The position numbers and the translations under genes were made by a program. Below the pieces are notes generated by a model. That model saw only the letters and a list, made by a program, of their open reading frames with translations. It searched no databases and was not told the DNA's origin. 32,000 nucleotides of DNA from Wolbachia endosymbiont strain TRS of Brugia malayi (GTDB lineage: Bacteria > Pseudomonadota > Alphaproteobacteria > Rickettsiales > Anaplasmataceae), in contig NC_006833.1 in the NCBI RefSeq assembly GCF_000008385.1, positions 390,001-422,000 on the forward strand, written 5' to 3'. Of the stretch, positions 9,866 to 19,598 are shown piece by piece (positions within the stretch are counted from its first letter, which is position 1; every line of letters begins with the position of its first letter).

Positions 9866-10033
9866 TAATTAAAATTTAACAAATATATACTTAAATTAGT
9901 ATTAATGATAGAGGTATGACATATTAAAGAAAATATTTAGTAAGTTAAAAGGTAAAGTGAGGAAGTATTAGTATACTAATCTAAGGCCTACAGAAGAAAC
10001 GCTCAATTTTGGTTATAAATACATAAGGACCTA

Positions 10034-10430
10034 GATATTGATTTTAACAGCGAATATAAATTTGCTCATAATCTTATTATTAATGGAAAGATAATAACTA
10101 ACAACTTTATTAAAAATCTATATTCAAAATATGAAAATCTAACTCCAAAGGATGGATAGGGGTGAAAAGGGGAATTACCGTCTATTCCTTAAAGAGGTTT
10201 TCACAGAAATGTTTGTGCGTGCTGGTGCAACAGCTCTCAATAACTCTATTATGGAAGAATTGATAACCTATTATAACAGATCTGGGTACATGAGATTTAC
10301 CTCTTTACAGAATTTATTTTATCCTTTTGGATTATGCATGTACTCCTTAAAATTTCTAACTCCCTTCTACAAAGAAAGGATTTATATGGATTATAAAGGC
10401 CCTAATTGTTGGAATTTAGTTTTAGCGTAA
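10034..10430 (+). pseudogene. uncharacterised degraded gene with one apparent frameshift
   Basis: DIDFNSEYKFAHNLIINGKIITNNFIKNLYSKYENLTPKDG* (10034..10159) followed immediately in another frame by MDRGEKGNYRLFLKEVFTEMFVRAGATALNNSIMEELITYYNRSG (10152..10430). Confidence 0.35.
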
Positions 10431-11149
10431 ACGAGTGTGTATACAATAACCAACAGGTTCTAGTATGCGATCTACAAAACTCAATGGAGTTTAAATTAAA
10501 AAGTAAAGATGAAAATGTAGCGTATGACATGGTAACGTATCTCTTACTATCCTAAAGAGTTAAAAAAACTACAAAGCAAATGTGTTCGGTATTATTGTTG
10601 AATATTTTCAGAAGTTTTGCAAAAAATTGGGCTTTAAATTTGAAAATAATTCCCTCTTTAGTAGACTCCATCGCATATCCATAGGTAGACTATTTACTTG
10701 TACTTGCAATAGGTTTATAATCCTTATCGTTTTCAGAAATAATAGAGTATTGCTCTTCTTCAACTCTTCTCTTCACTAGCCAAGTAAAACTTGCAATATT
10801 ATCTTAATATGCGGTAAGTCAATCATTTCCATGGCGGTTTTGCCGATGTGAGAAGGAGGGTATTCTTTAAGCATAAGTGACCTCATTGAAGGAAAAGAAA
10901 GCTTATATATAACCAACACTACTTACTTGAACGGACATGCTTTCAAATTTTGTCTTTGTGATTCTTATAGTACATTTTTTCTCACTATCTGAAATAGCTA
11001 TAATATTGCTTGGTGTAAGCCACACATATTTTAGCAGTACATTGCCTCGGCAGTTCATCATATTTGGCGTCAATTGGATAGCCAAAATAGAGAATTATCC
11101 TGAAATTCTTGCCATTTTTGATCTTGCAGAGAAGTAACTTTCCCTTTGG

Positions 11150-14101
11150 TTACACCGAGCTAAACTTCTTCTTCATACCACCTTTCAAACTGTTGGTAAT
11201 AGCTTCGTTAGCCTTGGTCATAGCGCGATCAAATACTCCCAACAACCTCTTTAATAAGCTTGGAGTTAGCGAAGAGATAAAATTAACAAATATATTACTA
11301 TTTTTATCATCTCCGCTTGCTTTGTAGTCTATCGAAATAATTCCCCTACTTTTCCCGCCAGTTAGAAGTTTCCCAACTATAGGAATTTTTAACAGAGACT
11401 TATTAATCGAATATGCCGGTATTACTTGTCCTTCAACTTGAAATTTATAACCTCTAATATCAAGCTTGCCACTAGTACTAATACCTAACTCCGCTCCTTC
11501 AAGCCAAGATTCTTCAATTTCAACAGTACCATCTTTATGTGAAAAAGGCGCGTTATACTTATAAAAGTATACACCTTCATTCTTTATAGTATTCACAATC
11601 CCAGGAAGCGAAGACATCGATAATAAAGTAGTGAGTAGTGGAGCATCTTTAATATAGAAATTACCAATAGATAGCATACCATAATGTTCTCCACTTTCCC
11701 TCTGAGGAGATAGGTAAAAAGATAATTTACCATTTTTGACTGATTTACTAATGCCTAAAGAACGCAAAAGCATACCTGAATTATCCGCATGTATTTCCAG
11801 TCCTATTTCACTGTACTCTGCTAGTATATTACTGTTATCTTCTAGAAACTGCCCTGTAAATTGACTTCCATTGCAATTACCTTTAGTGCAGCTTATATTT
11901 AAGCTAGCATCTTTTATAACAATGCCTTCCTTCATAATTACATTGTCAACATTCATACTAACTTCCACATTATTGCTTAATCCACTATCATTTTTGCCAA
12001 GTAAATCTAAAACATCACTTAAGTTAATTTTCTCACCACAAACGTTTATGATATTTTTTCCCTTACTTGACTTAATTTCTATACTAAGATCATTATTAGG
12101 CAACTTAAAGCTACTAGTATTTAAATACAAATCCCCATTTTCTACTCTTCCGCTAAATTTTATATCTAAATCGCTCCCTATAACATCTAACCTGTCTATT
12201 AACAACCTATTGGCCCCTTTTAACTTCACAGAGAACAAAATTTTATTGTGATCCTCAAAACGATTTTTCCACCCTAAATAACTTGAACGCAATTCAAACT
12301 CTGATAAATCTACATTACCATTAACATATCCAGTCTTATCTTGATTTATCACTGATTCTATATTCGCATTGAAGTAACCACCATTGAAATTAAGTATTTG
12401 AGCAGGTAAATCTCCGGTCAAACTCCAGGTAAAACTTTCATTTTTGTTACTACTTTTTAGGTCAAATAGCAGCTGTGTATTATTTACTATACCACTACCA
12501 TTCAGATCTATAAAGTCACTGCCAAAATCAAGCTTAATATCATACCTACCAAGATTTGCATCATAGATAACTAGATTGTCAATTTCAGAATGAAATTTGG
12601 CAGAAAAGTTCACTTCTTTATCATCAGCGTTTATGTTAAAGACGCGAAAATTGAATACAGACTTTGCTGCTCCCCCTATTTTGTTCTTTTCAACCTTAAT
12701 CACATCATCCAGCTTAAATTTTATAGGCTCATACAATCCATAAGCATCACTTACAGCTTGGCCATTAATGGTTAAAACTGAATCTTCCCTGTCAAGAGAA
12801 TTCATTTCAATATTACAACCATTAATAGTGAAATTCTGAAACTTAGCGCTATTTACAGTAATTTTGAGACTGTCATTCTTAAGAACCAAGTCACCGCTTA
12901 ATTCCCTTACTTGCTCAAAATCTTCATCAAATTTTACGCTGCCATTTTCTATATCAGCAACTACAATGACGTCTGACAGATCATTATTAATCAAATTGTT
13001 AATTTTGCCATTAAAACTTACAATTACATTTAAAATGTTTCCATCAATGTTATCACAATACCAGCTTTTAAATTCACTATTTATTATGTAATCTGGTACG
13101 TAAGTGCATAAATCCTTTGCAGCAAATTTACTAATATTAACTCTAAACAAAGCATGATTTGCACTAAAGTTCATCTTGCCCATTAAAGAGAGATACGTAC
13201 CATTTAGATTAAAATGAAAGTTTTTTACACCAATGACCCCATCACTATATGTTAAATTTATATTCACATTAGTTATGGCTAAGTTTTTATTCACACGATT
13301 TTCTGTATTTAAAATATATACATTCCCATCTATAATCTCATTCTTTCCACTAATTCTCATCGAGAAGTTTCCCTTAAACCCTATATTTTTGCCTAAATTG
13401 TAATTTTTAATTAACGTGGAAAACTCACTAAATAGTTTCAATTTTAGGTTATAAAATATCCCATACACATTTAGCAAACCGTTGCGATTTTTTATCGTAA
13501 TAGACAAATCATCCAAAAACCCCTTTTCATCTTTTGTATGAACACGAATATCTAAAACATTAAAATCTTCCCTTTTCCCTATATATAATTCATCAATAAA
13601 TAATTCACCTTCCGTGCTTTTATTGATCGCAATGTTAGTAATTTCAATCCTCGAACCTGTATTTAAGTCAAAAAAGAATTCCCTTACTGCTTTTAAAGAA
13701 TTTTTCAAATCAAAATCAACCACTTTAAAACCAGCTTTTTCCTGATCGACATACGCACACACACTATCAGCTAGAACTTGAGAAATTTTTACATTAGCTC
13801 TAAACAGGGAACTTAATTTGAAATGTACAAAAAGATTAGGAGCTTCTATAATAAAACCAGAATTTACTATTTTCAAATTTGTAATAACCAAATAGGGGTC
13901 CTTGCCGTCTTTCTGCAAAATAACTGAAGTACTCCCAATATCAACATCTGAGTTGGCAAATGTTTTCGATATTTTACTCTTTACATAAAAATTGATATAA
14001 CTAATATTGATTTCTAAAGGACTTTCACCTTTAAAAAAAATAAAGAAGCAGAATATCAACAATAAAGCTATAGAAAATGATATAATAATCTTTTTAAGCA
14101 T
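11150..14101 (-). CDS. large AsmA/YhdP-like (DUF3971, AsmA-like C-terminal) protein
   Basis: 983-aa ORF with one N-terminal TM helix (ISFSIALLLIFCFFIFF), long beta-rich body and C-terminal AsmA-like region (DKSLL-type KSLLKIPIVGKLLTGGKSRGIISIDYKASG). Confidence 0.7.
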   Translation of the reverse strand: MLKKIIISFSIALLLIFCFFIFFKGESPLEINISYINFYVKSKISKTFANSDVDIGSTSVILQKDGKDPYLVITNLKIVNSGFIIEAPNLFVHFKLSSLFRANVKISQVLADSVCAYVDQEKAGFKVVDFDLKNSLKAVREFFFDLNTGSRIEITNIAINKSTEGELFIDELYIGKREDFNVLDIRVHTKDEKGFLDDLSITIKNRNGLLNVYGIFYNLKLKLFSEFSTLIKNYNLGKNIGFKGNFSMRISGKNEIIDGNVYILNTENRVNKNLAITNVNINLTYSDGVIGVKNFHFNLNGTYLSLMGKMNFSANHALFRVNISKFAAKDLCTYVPDYIINSEFKSWYCDNIDGNILNVIVSFNGKINNLINNDLSDVIVVADIENGSVKFDEDFEQVRELSGDLVLKNDSLKITVNSAKFQNFTINGCNIEMNSLDREDSVLTINGQAVSDAYGLYEPIKFKLDDVIKVEKNKIGGAAKSVFNFRVFNINADDKEVNFSAKFHSEIDNLVIYDANLGRYDIKLDFGSDFIDLNGSGIVNNTQLLFDLKSSNKNESFTWSLTGDLPAQILNFNGGYFNANIESVINQDKTGYVNGNVDLSEFELRSSYLGWKNRFEDHNKILFSVKLKGANRLLIDRLDVIGSDLDIKFSGRVENGDLYLNTSSFKLPNNDLSIEIKSSKGKNIINVCGEKINLSDVLDLLGKNDSGLSNNVEVSMNVDNVIMKEGIVIKDASLNISCTKGNCNGSQFTGQFLEDNSNILAEYSEIGLEIHADNSGMLLRSLGISKSVKNGKLSFYLSPQRESGEHYGMLSIGNFYIKDAPLLTTLLSMSSLPGIVNTIKNEGVYFYKYNAPFSHKDGTVEIEESWLEGAELGISTSGKLDIRGYKFQVEGQVIPAYSINKSLLKIPIVGKLLTGGKSRGIISIDYKASGDDKNSNIFVNFISSLTPSLLKRLLGVFDRAMTKANEAITNSLKGGMKKKFSSV

Positions 14102-14546
14102 CGATTATCGCTTTTCTTGCTAAATTATTAGCCTCCTCATTATGTTTATCACCATTGTGAGCTTTAACCCACTTCCAATTAATTTTGTGTTGTGAAGCAA
14201 TATTATCCAATTCTTTCCACAACTCTATATTTTTTACTGATCTTTTACTACTTGTCTTCCAGCCATTCACTTTCCACTTACTTACCCACTCTGTTATACC
14301 AGATTTAACATAGAGACTATCCGTATACAAATTAATATTACAAGAAAATTTTAACGCCTTTAGTCCATTGATCACTGCTGTTAACTCCATCTTATTGCTT
14401 GTAGTATTTTCTTCTCTACCATAAACATCTTTTCTATAATCTTGAAATAATATAATAGCCGCCCATCCTCCTGTGCCAGGATTACCAGAACATGCTCCAT
14501 CCATGTATATTGTTACTTCCTTTCTATTCACCTTTAACCATAACAA
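14094..14546 (-). CDS. rnhA: ribonuclease HI
   Basis: VTIYMDGACSGNPGTGGWAAI, NKMELTAVINGLKAL, WVKAHNGDKHNEEANNLARKA; N-terminal start slightly uncertain. Confidence 0.96.
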   Translation of the reverse strand: MLWLKVNRKEVTIYMDGACSGNPGTGGWAAIILFQDYRKDVYGREENTTSNKMELTAVINGLKALKFSCNINLYTDSLYVKSGITEWVSKWKVNGWKTSSKRSVKNIELWKELDNIASQHKINWKWVKAHNGDKHNEEANNLARKAIIDA

Positions 14547-14614
14547 ATTAATAAAGTATATAATTGCTCCTATGAAAGTACAATTTTAATGAAACCTATA
14601 AATGCACAGGCAGT

Positions 14615-14722
14615 TTAAGCTGCACCTTTAAATTTTATTATAGAAACAAAGAAAAGTGCTACAATGAGCGTTATTAGAAGAAAAAGTAAAAAATAGTTTT
14701 TATATTTCTGCTGTTCTTTCAT
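14615..14722 (-). CDS. small CoxF-like single-TM protein (35 aa, candidate)
   Basis: Read from the reverse strand: MKEQQKYKNYFLLFLLITLIVALFFVSIIKFKGAA*; starts 2 nt after the ctaB stop codon; CoxF-like pattern (charged N-terminus, one TM helix, F.V.I.K.G) in the expected coxB-coxA-ctaB-coxF position; absent from the supplied ORF track, whose listed ORFs are all 60 aa or longer. Confidence 0.65.
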   Translation of the reverse strand: MKEQQKYKNYFLLFLLITLIVALFFVSIIKFKGAA

Positions 14723-14724
14723 AG

Positions 14725-15612
14725 TTAAAACAAATCAATAGAACACAAAATAATACTAGCAAACAGAAAAAATAGATAAGAGATTGAGTAAGAAAACATT
14801 CTTTTCTGTGAGCTGTGATCCTTCAACTTCATAATGGACACAGCATGCCAAATAAAAATGCAACCTCCAAAGATTGCCATACCTAGATAAAATGGAGCCC
14901 TTTTCAAGAATAGAGCTGGAAGTAAGCTAGTTAACACCAGCAACACACTATAAACTAATATATATTTTCTTGTTTTCTCTGGGCCGTAAACAACATTGAA
15001 CATTGGAACTGATGCTTTCTCATAGTCTTCAGACTTATTCAAAGACAAGGCCCAAAAGTGTGGTGGAGTCCACATAAAAATTATTAAGAATAGAACAAAA
15101 CCCCTCCAACTCACAGAATCAGTCACAACTGCCCAGCCAATTACTGGAGGAAAAGCACCTGATGCACCACCGATAACGATATTCTGCGGAGTACGCCTTT
15201 TGAGCCAAATCGTATATATGAAAATGTAAAATAATATGCCAATTGCAAGCAAAATAGCAGAAATATAGTTTACTGCTATTGCCATAATAAATACTGATAA
15301 TACCCCAATGGTTACACCAAATTCAAGTGCACTTTCCGCAGAAACCCTACCAGAGGGTATAGGACGAGCTTTTGTCCTCTTCATGAGCAGATCTATGTCC
15401 CTATCATACCACATATTTATAGCACCTGCAGATCCTGAGCCAAGAGCAATACATATAAGGGATATTAGTGCCAGAAAAGGGTGAATACTACCTGGAGCAG
15501 CAACCATTCCAGCAACTGCAGTAAATACTACAAGGTACATTATCCTTGGCTTCAGCAAACGCCAAAAATCCAGTACTGTCGATTCAACGTTTAACAAAGT
15601 ATTTGCGTGCAT
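14725..15612 (-). CDS. ctaB: protoheme IX farnesyltransferase (heme O synthase)
   Basis: [55 protein letters not shown]. Confidence 0.96.
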   Translation of the reverse strand: MHANTLLNVESTVLDFWRLLKPRIMYLVVFTAVAGMVAAPGSIHPFLALISLICIALGSGSAGAINMWYDRDIDLLMKRTKARPIPSGRVSAESALEFGVTIGVLSVFIMAIAVNYISAILLAIGILFYIFIYTIWLKRRTPQNIVIGGASGAFPPVIGWAVVTDSVSWRGFVLFLIIFMWTPPHFWALSLNKSEDYEKASVPMFNVVYGPEKTRKYILVYSVLLVLTSLLPALFLKRAPFYLGMAIFGGCIFIWHAVSIMKLKDHSSQKRMFSYSISYLFFLFASIILCSIDLF

Positions 15613-15613
15613 T

Positions 15614-17164
15614 CTATTTTATCACTGGTGGTTTTTCGAAAGCATGAAAAGGCGGTGGTGAAGATATTGTCCACTCTAAAGTATCACCTCCCCAAGGACT
15701 ATTTCCAACTTCCTTACCCCATTTGAAGAGGTGTATAACTATAAACACGAAAAACATAACTGAAGTAAAGGACATGTATGAACCAATTGAGGATATGTAA
15801 TTCCAAGGTATGAACGCATCAGGATAATCAGGTATACGTCTTGGCATGCCAGCTAACCCCAGAAAATGCTGAGGTAAAAAAGTGATATTGGTACCAATAA
15901 AAGTAAGCCAAAAGTGTATTTTCCCCAGGCATTCATTATATTGTTTACCTGACATTTTGCCTATCCAATAATAAAAGCCAGCAAAAGCTCCGAATAAAGC
16001 AGCCAGCGACATGACATAATGAAAATGAGCAACAACATAATAGGTATCGTGCAAAAGCTTGTCTATTCCACCATGAGACAGAATTATTCCGGTTATACCG
16101 CCACCAACAAACATGAAAATAAAACCCAGTGCAAAAAGCATAGGTGTTTTAAACTCAATTGCTCCACCCCACATAGTTGCAATCCAGCTAAAGACTTTCA
16201 CGCCAGTTATAACACCGATAAAAATTGTAGTGGTGCTAAAAAATATAGCAGCATCTTCACTAAGCCCAACAGTGAACATATGATGAGCCCAAACCATGAA
16301 GCCAAATATTGTTATACCTATCATAACATAAACCATTCCCATATAACCAAATACAGGCCTATGAGAAAAAGTTGACACAACCTGGCTTATGATGCCAAAT
16401 GCAGGAAAAATAATTATGTAAACTTCAGGATGACCAAAAAACCAAAATAGATGCTGAAATAACACAGGATCACCGCCACCAGCAGGATCAAAAAAGGAAG
16501 TACCAATATTGCGATCAGTAAGCAGCATAGTGATAGCACCAGCAAGCACTGGTAAGGCGACAATTAGCATGAATGACGTTAACAAGATAGACCAAACAAA
16601 CAATGGCATCTTAGTTAATGACATTCCTTTTGTACGCATGTTAAATATAGTAACTATAAAGTTGATCGCTCCAACAACCGACGACACACCAGCAACATGA
16701 AGTGCAAATATAGCAAGGTCAACTCCTGCACTTGGATGGGACATGACTTGTGATAAAGGTGGGTATAAAGTCCAACCTGTTCCAGGACCCTCACCAACAA
16801 ACACTGAAAGGATAAGCAAAATAAAAGATGATACTAATAACCAAAAACTTAAATTATTCATACGAGGAAATGCCATATCTGGTGCACCAATCATAAGAGG
16901 CACAAACCAATTACCAAATCCCCCTATTAGAGCTGGCATTATCATAAAAAACACCATTATCAACGCATGTCCTGTAACCATTACGTTATATAATTGGTAG
17001 TTGTTGTTGAATATATTAATGTGCATTAGCTGAGTGCGAATAACTACAGATAATAATCCACCAATGATTCCAGATAATATGGAAAAAATGATATACAGAG
17101 TTCCTATGTCTTTATGATTAGTAGAAAATAGCCAACGTCTTATACCTTTTGGTATGCCACTCAT
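15614..17164 (-). CDS. coxA: cytochrome c oxidase subunit I
   Basis: [53 protein letters not shown]. Confidence 0.98.
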   Translation of the reverse strand: MSGIPKGIRRWLFSTNHKDIGTLYIIFSILSGIIGGLLSVVIRTQLMHINIFNNNYQLYNVMVTGHALIMVFFMIMPALIGGFGNWFVPLMIGAPDMAFPRMNNLSFWLLVSSFILLILSVFVGEGPGTGWTLYPPLSQVMSHPSAGVDLAIFALHVAGVSSVVGAINFIVTIFNMRTKGMSLTKMPLFVWSILLTSFMLIVALPVLAGAITMLLTDRNIGTSFFDPAGGGDPVLFQHLFWFFGHPEVYIIIFPAFGIISQVVSTFSHRPVFGYMGMVYVMIGITIFGFMVWAHHMFTVGLSEDAAIFFSTTTIFIGVITGVKVFSWIATMWGGAIEFKTPMLFALGFIFMFVGGGITGIILSHGGIDKLLHDTYYVVAHFHYVMSLAALFGAFAGFYYWIGKMSGKQYNECLGKIHFWLTFIGTNITFLPQHFLGLAGMPRRIPDYPDAFIPWNYISSIGSYMSFTSVMFFVFIVIHLFKWGKEVGNSPWGGDTLEWTISSPPPFHAFEKPPVIK

Positions 17165-17180
17165 AATCTGTACCCCAAAT

Positions 17181-17945
17181 TTAACTTACTAATTTTTTAT
17201 TTTCAATCCACTTATTAAAATCTTCCTTGCTTACTGCTTCAATAACAATTGGCATAAATCCATGACCTTGACCGCACAATTCATAGCATTGCCCATAATA
17301 AACACCAGGTTTTTTGACGTTAAACCATGCTTCATTAAGCCTACCTGGTATTGCATCGATTTTTATGCCGAAAGCTGGTACTCCCCAGCTGTGTATCACA
17401 TCTCCTGCCGTCACTTGCAAACGAACGTTAGTATTAACTGGCAAAACTACGTTATTATCAACAGAAAATAGCTTCAAATCTCCTTTGACAAAATCATCTT
17501 TTTCCTTAATATAGCTATCAAACGACACACCTTGATATTCCGGATATCGATAGCTCCAATACCATTGATGACCAATAACTTTTAGTGTTATGTCAGCCTT
17601 CGGTATTTTTTCTTGTAGCTTAAGTAATTTAGCATTCTCAAAAGCCAATATACCAACAATAATCGTTGGTATAACAAACCAAACAATTTCTAAAAGAATA
17701 CTATGATGAGTTTTACTTATATTTGTTACTTTGCTTTTACGAAAGCGAAACATTACATAAGCTAGTAATGCCCATACAAAAAGCATTATTGTAACCATCA
17801 CACTCATCACAAACAAATGTGACTTAACTATAACCTCCATTATCTCAGTTGCAGGGGCAGGAAACCCAAATTGCCAAGAAGTAGGAGCAGAGGCAACTGA
17901 TATGCCTGAATAAAACATTATCAACAGTGCTAATAACTTCACCAT
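17181..17945 (-). CDS. coxB: cytochrome c oxidase subunit II
   Basis: [32 protein letters not shown], CuA motif [15 protein letters not shown]; N-terminal signal. Confidence 0.97.
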   Translation of the reverse strand: MVKLLALLIMFYSGISVASAPTSWQFGFPAPATEIMEVIVKSHLFVMSVMVTIMLFVWALLAYVMFRFRKSKVTNISKTHHSILLEIVWFVIPTIIVGILAFENAKLLKLQEKIPKADITLKVIGHQWYWSYRYPEYQGVSFDSYIKEKDDFVKGDLKLFSVDNNVVLPVNTNVRLQVTAGDVIHSWGVPAFGIKIDAIPGRLNEAWFNVKKPGVYYGQCYELCGQGHGFMPIVIEAVSKEDFNKWIENKKLVS

Positions 17946-18151
17946 ATTTGTTTACTGTAAAACTAAGTGACATACTGTATAATAGTATATATAAACTTAC
18001 TATGCAAACAGAGATTAGTGATGGCTAATAATTTTTTAGCATTCAATAGCTATAATAACACAATACTAATTTGAGGAAAAAAGCATTTACATGAATCTAT
18101 TTTAGGTTAAAATATTATAATATTTTAAATTAAGTATTTACTTTAAGTAAA

Positions 18152-18243
18152 TTCTATAATAAGTTTAATAGTGTCTGTTACTGCTAATAACCCTCTAGCC
18201 TCACACCTAAAAGCAGTAACAGACACTATTAAACTTTATAGAA
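18152..18243. promoter_or_regulatory. long stem-loop upstream of coxB
   Basis: AAGTTTAATAGTGTCTGTTACTGCT (18161..18185) is perfectly complementary to AGCAGTAACAGACACTATTAAACTT (18212..18236); arms extend by TTCTATA/TATAGAA after a 2-nt bulge; 26-nt loop. Confidence 0.75.
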
Positions 18244-18390
18244 AATAATCATAGAACATACTATATATCAATACAAAATTTTCTATTCAGCATTGTTTCT
18301 ATTATTTTAAAGAGTTGAAACACTGAAACTTTAAGCAAATGCGTTGCAGCTTTGTTTCAGTAGTAATTTAAACACATTCAGGACATTTCT

Positions 18391-18670
18391 TTATTTTGTA
18401 GGACATGTATAGTTTCTGATCATGATTTTTGTATAATCATGCAAATTTAGATTTTCTGAGCGCTGTATTTTTTTAAGACAACAAGCAAGGGTGTATAACC
18501 ATGTAGATCTTAGCTTGTAATATTGCTCCACTCCTTTCCTTATGAACATATTAATAGCATCTTTATTTCCTCCAATAGCAACTGTGTTAAAGCTAAAGCA
18601 ATATCTTCTTCTGTACTTGCCTTTATATACTTCTTAAATATATTATTTTCTTCATGAAGCGCAGCAAAAA
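18391..18670 (-). pseudogene. degraded gene remnant, possibly ankyrin-repeat-like
   Basis: Reverse-strand pieces in two frames: AALHEENNIFKKYIKASTEEDIALALTQ and VAIGGNKDAINMFIRKGVEQYYKLRSTWLYTLACCLKKIQRSENLNLHDYTKIMIRNYTCPTK*. Confidence 0.25.
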
Positions 18671-19050
18671 ATAGTGTTAACAGCTAAATAATTTCCTACA
18701 TCACCATGATCTGGAATGCGAACTATGAAATCCTAAAAATTACGACAAATACGCACCTATTTCTTCAAATTTCTTAGCGTAAGAACATACTCCATAATAT
18801 TTTTTATTAACTCAAAGCTACCCCTTCTAGGTCACTATCACTTATTAGCATAATTACCTTTTCTTTAATTGAAATACGTGGCAATTATGTAGCGCTGGGT
18901 TCACTATGTCAAATATATAGTGCTACATATTATTAATATTAGACTTCTTACATAACCTAAACTAAAGGGTAGCTGCAGTATTTATGCCCCTTTTAGGTTT
19001 TTTTATTCTGAATGCTATCTACTTTTTTGCAACTAGTCCTTAGCCATAAA

Positions 19051-19130
19051 TATTTAAGGAATTCACTAAATAGCACCGAACAGAAGAAATCTGTCAAATC
19101 AGGAAGAAATTCCTTAATTTAAGTTTTTAG
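19051..19130 (+). repeat. 80-bp dispersed repeat, copy B (pairs with 3652..3731)
   Basis: 75 of 80 positions identical to 3652..3731. Confidence 0.9.
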
Positions 19131-19148
19131 TAATTTTTTAGTATAGTT

Positions 19149-19240
19149 GATAGTAAAAGTGCATTAGATGCATATCATAGAAGATAAAAAAACAACTAGG
19201 AACCCCAAAGGCAATTGCTGCTACTGTAAGAAAGTTACTA
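19149..19240 (+). pseudogene. IS110-family transposase remnant, copy B
   Basis: DSKSALDAYHRR, then after a frameshift KKQLGTPKAIAATVRKLL; matches the IS110/IS1111 SKSALGAFYRR..AQLGAPKAITATAHKL pattern. Confidence 0.75.
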
Positions 19241-19530
19241 GGCAGAAAAAAAAGGCAAAAGATATTCCGTGTAGATAGTGTTTACTCTCTAATCCTGCAA
19301 ATTGGCATATTATACTATCTTAAACGCTTTATAAGCGAGTTTCAGCCTATATAGGTAAAAAATCTAGAAATGTTGTGAAGACATAAGGTACATATAGTGC
19401 AAAAAATTAAACATAAGGCGCCAACTACATAATACTTTGTCATTTAATCTGCATAGATTGAAGATAGCTGAACATCTTTAGGGCTATGGGGGACTGGCAA
19501 GGCTTGTTAAGTAATTTCTTCGTTTCTATA
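19229..19530. repeat. diverged repeat tail, copy B (similar to about 4072..4370)
   Basis: Same ordered blocks as copy A, including ACTAGGCAGAAAAAAAAGG, TACATATAGTGCAAAAAATTAAA, ATCTGCATAGATTGAAGATA, GGGGGACTGGCAAGGCTTGTTAAGTAA. Confidence 0.6.
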
Positions 19531-19598
19531 TGTCAACGTGCTGTCAAAAGTTCAGAAGTTTACTATGAAAAAAAGTCCTCTCAGCTTTAATGAATTAG

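Noticed and set aside
10582-11137. Overlapping ORFs on both strands (65, 60, 66 aa)
   Set aside because: Short, mutually overlapping and lacking motifs. A weak ankyrin-like reading on the reverse strand (HIGKTAMEMIDLPHIKIILQVLL) was considered but is too short.
16019-17000. Several plus-strand ORFs (118, 63, 85 aa) antisense to coxA
   Set aside because: Stop-free stretches mirroring a strongly conserved gene; no independent family motifs.
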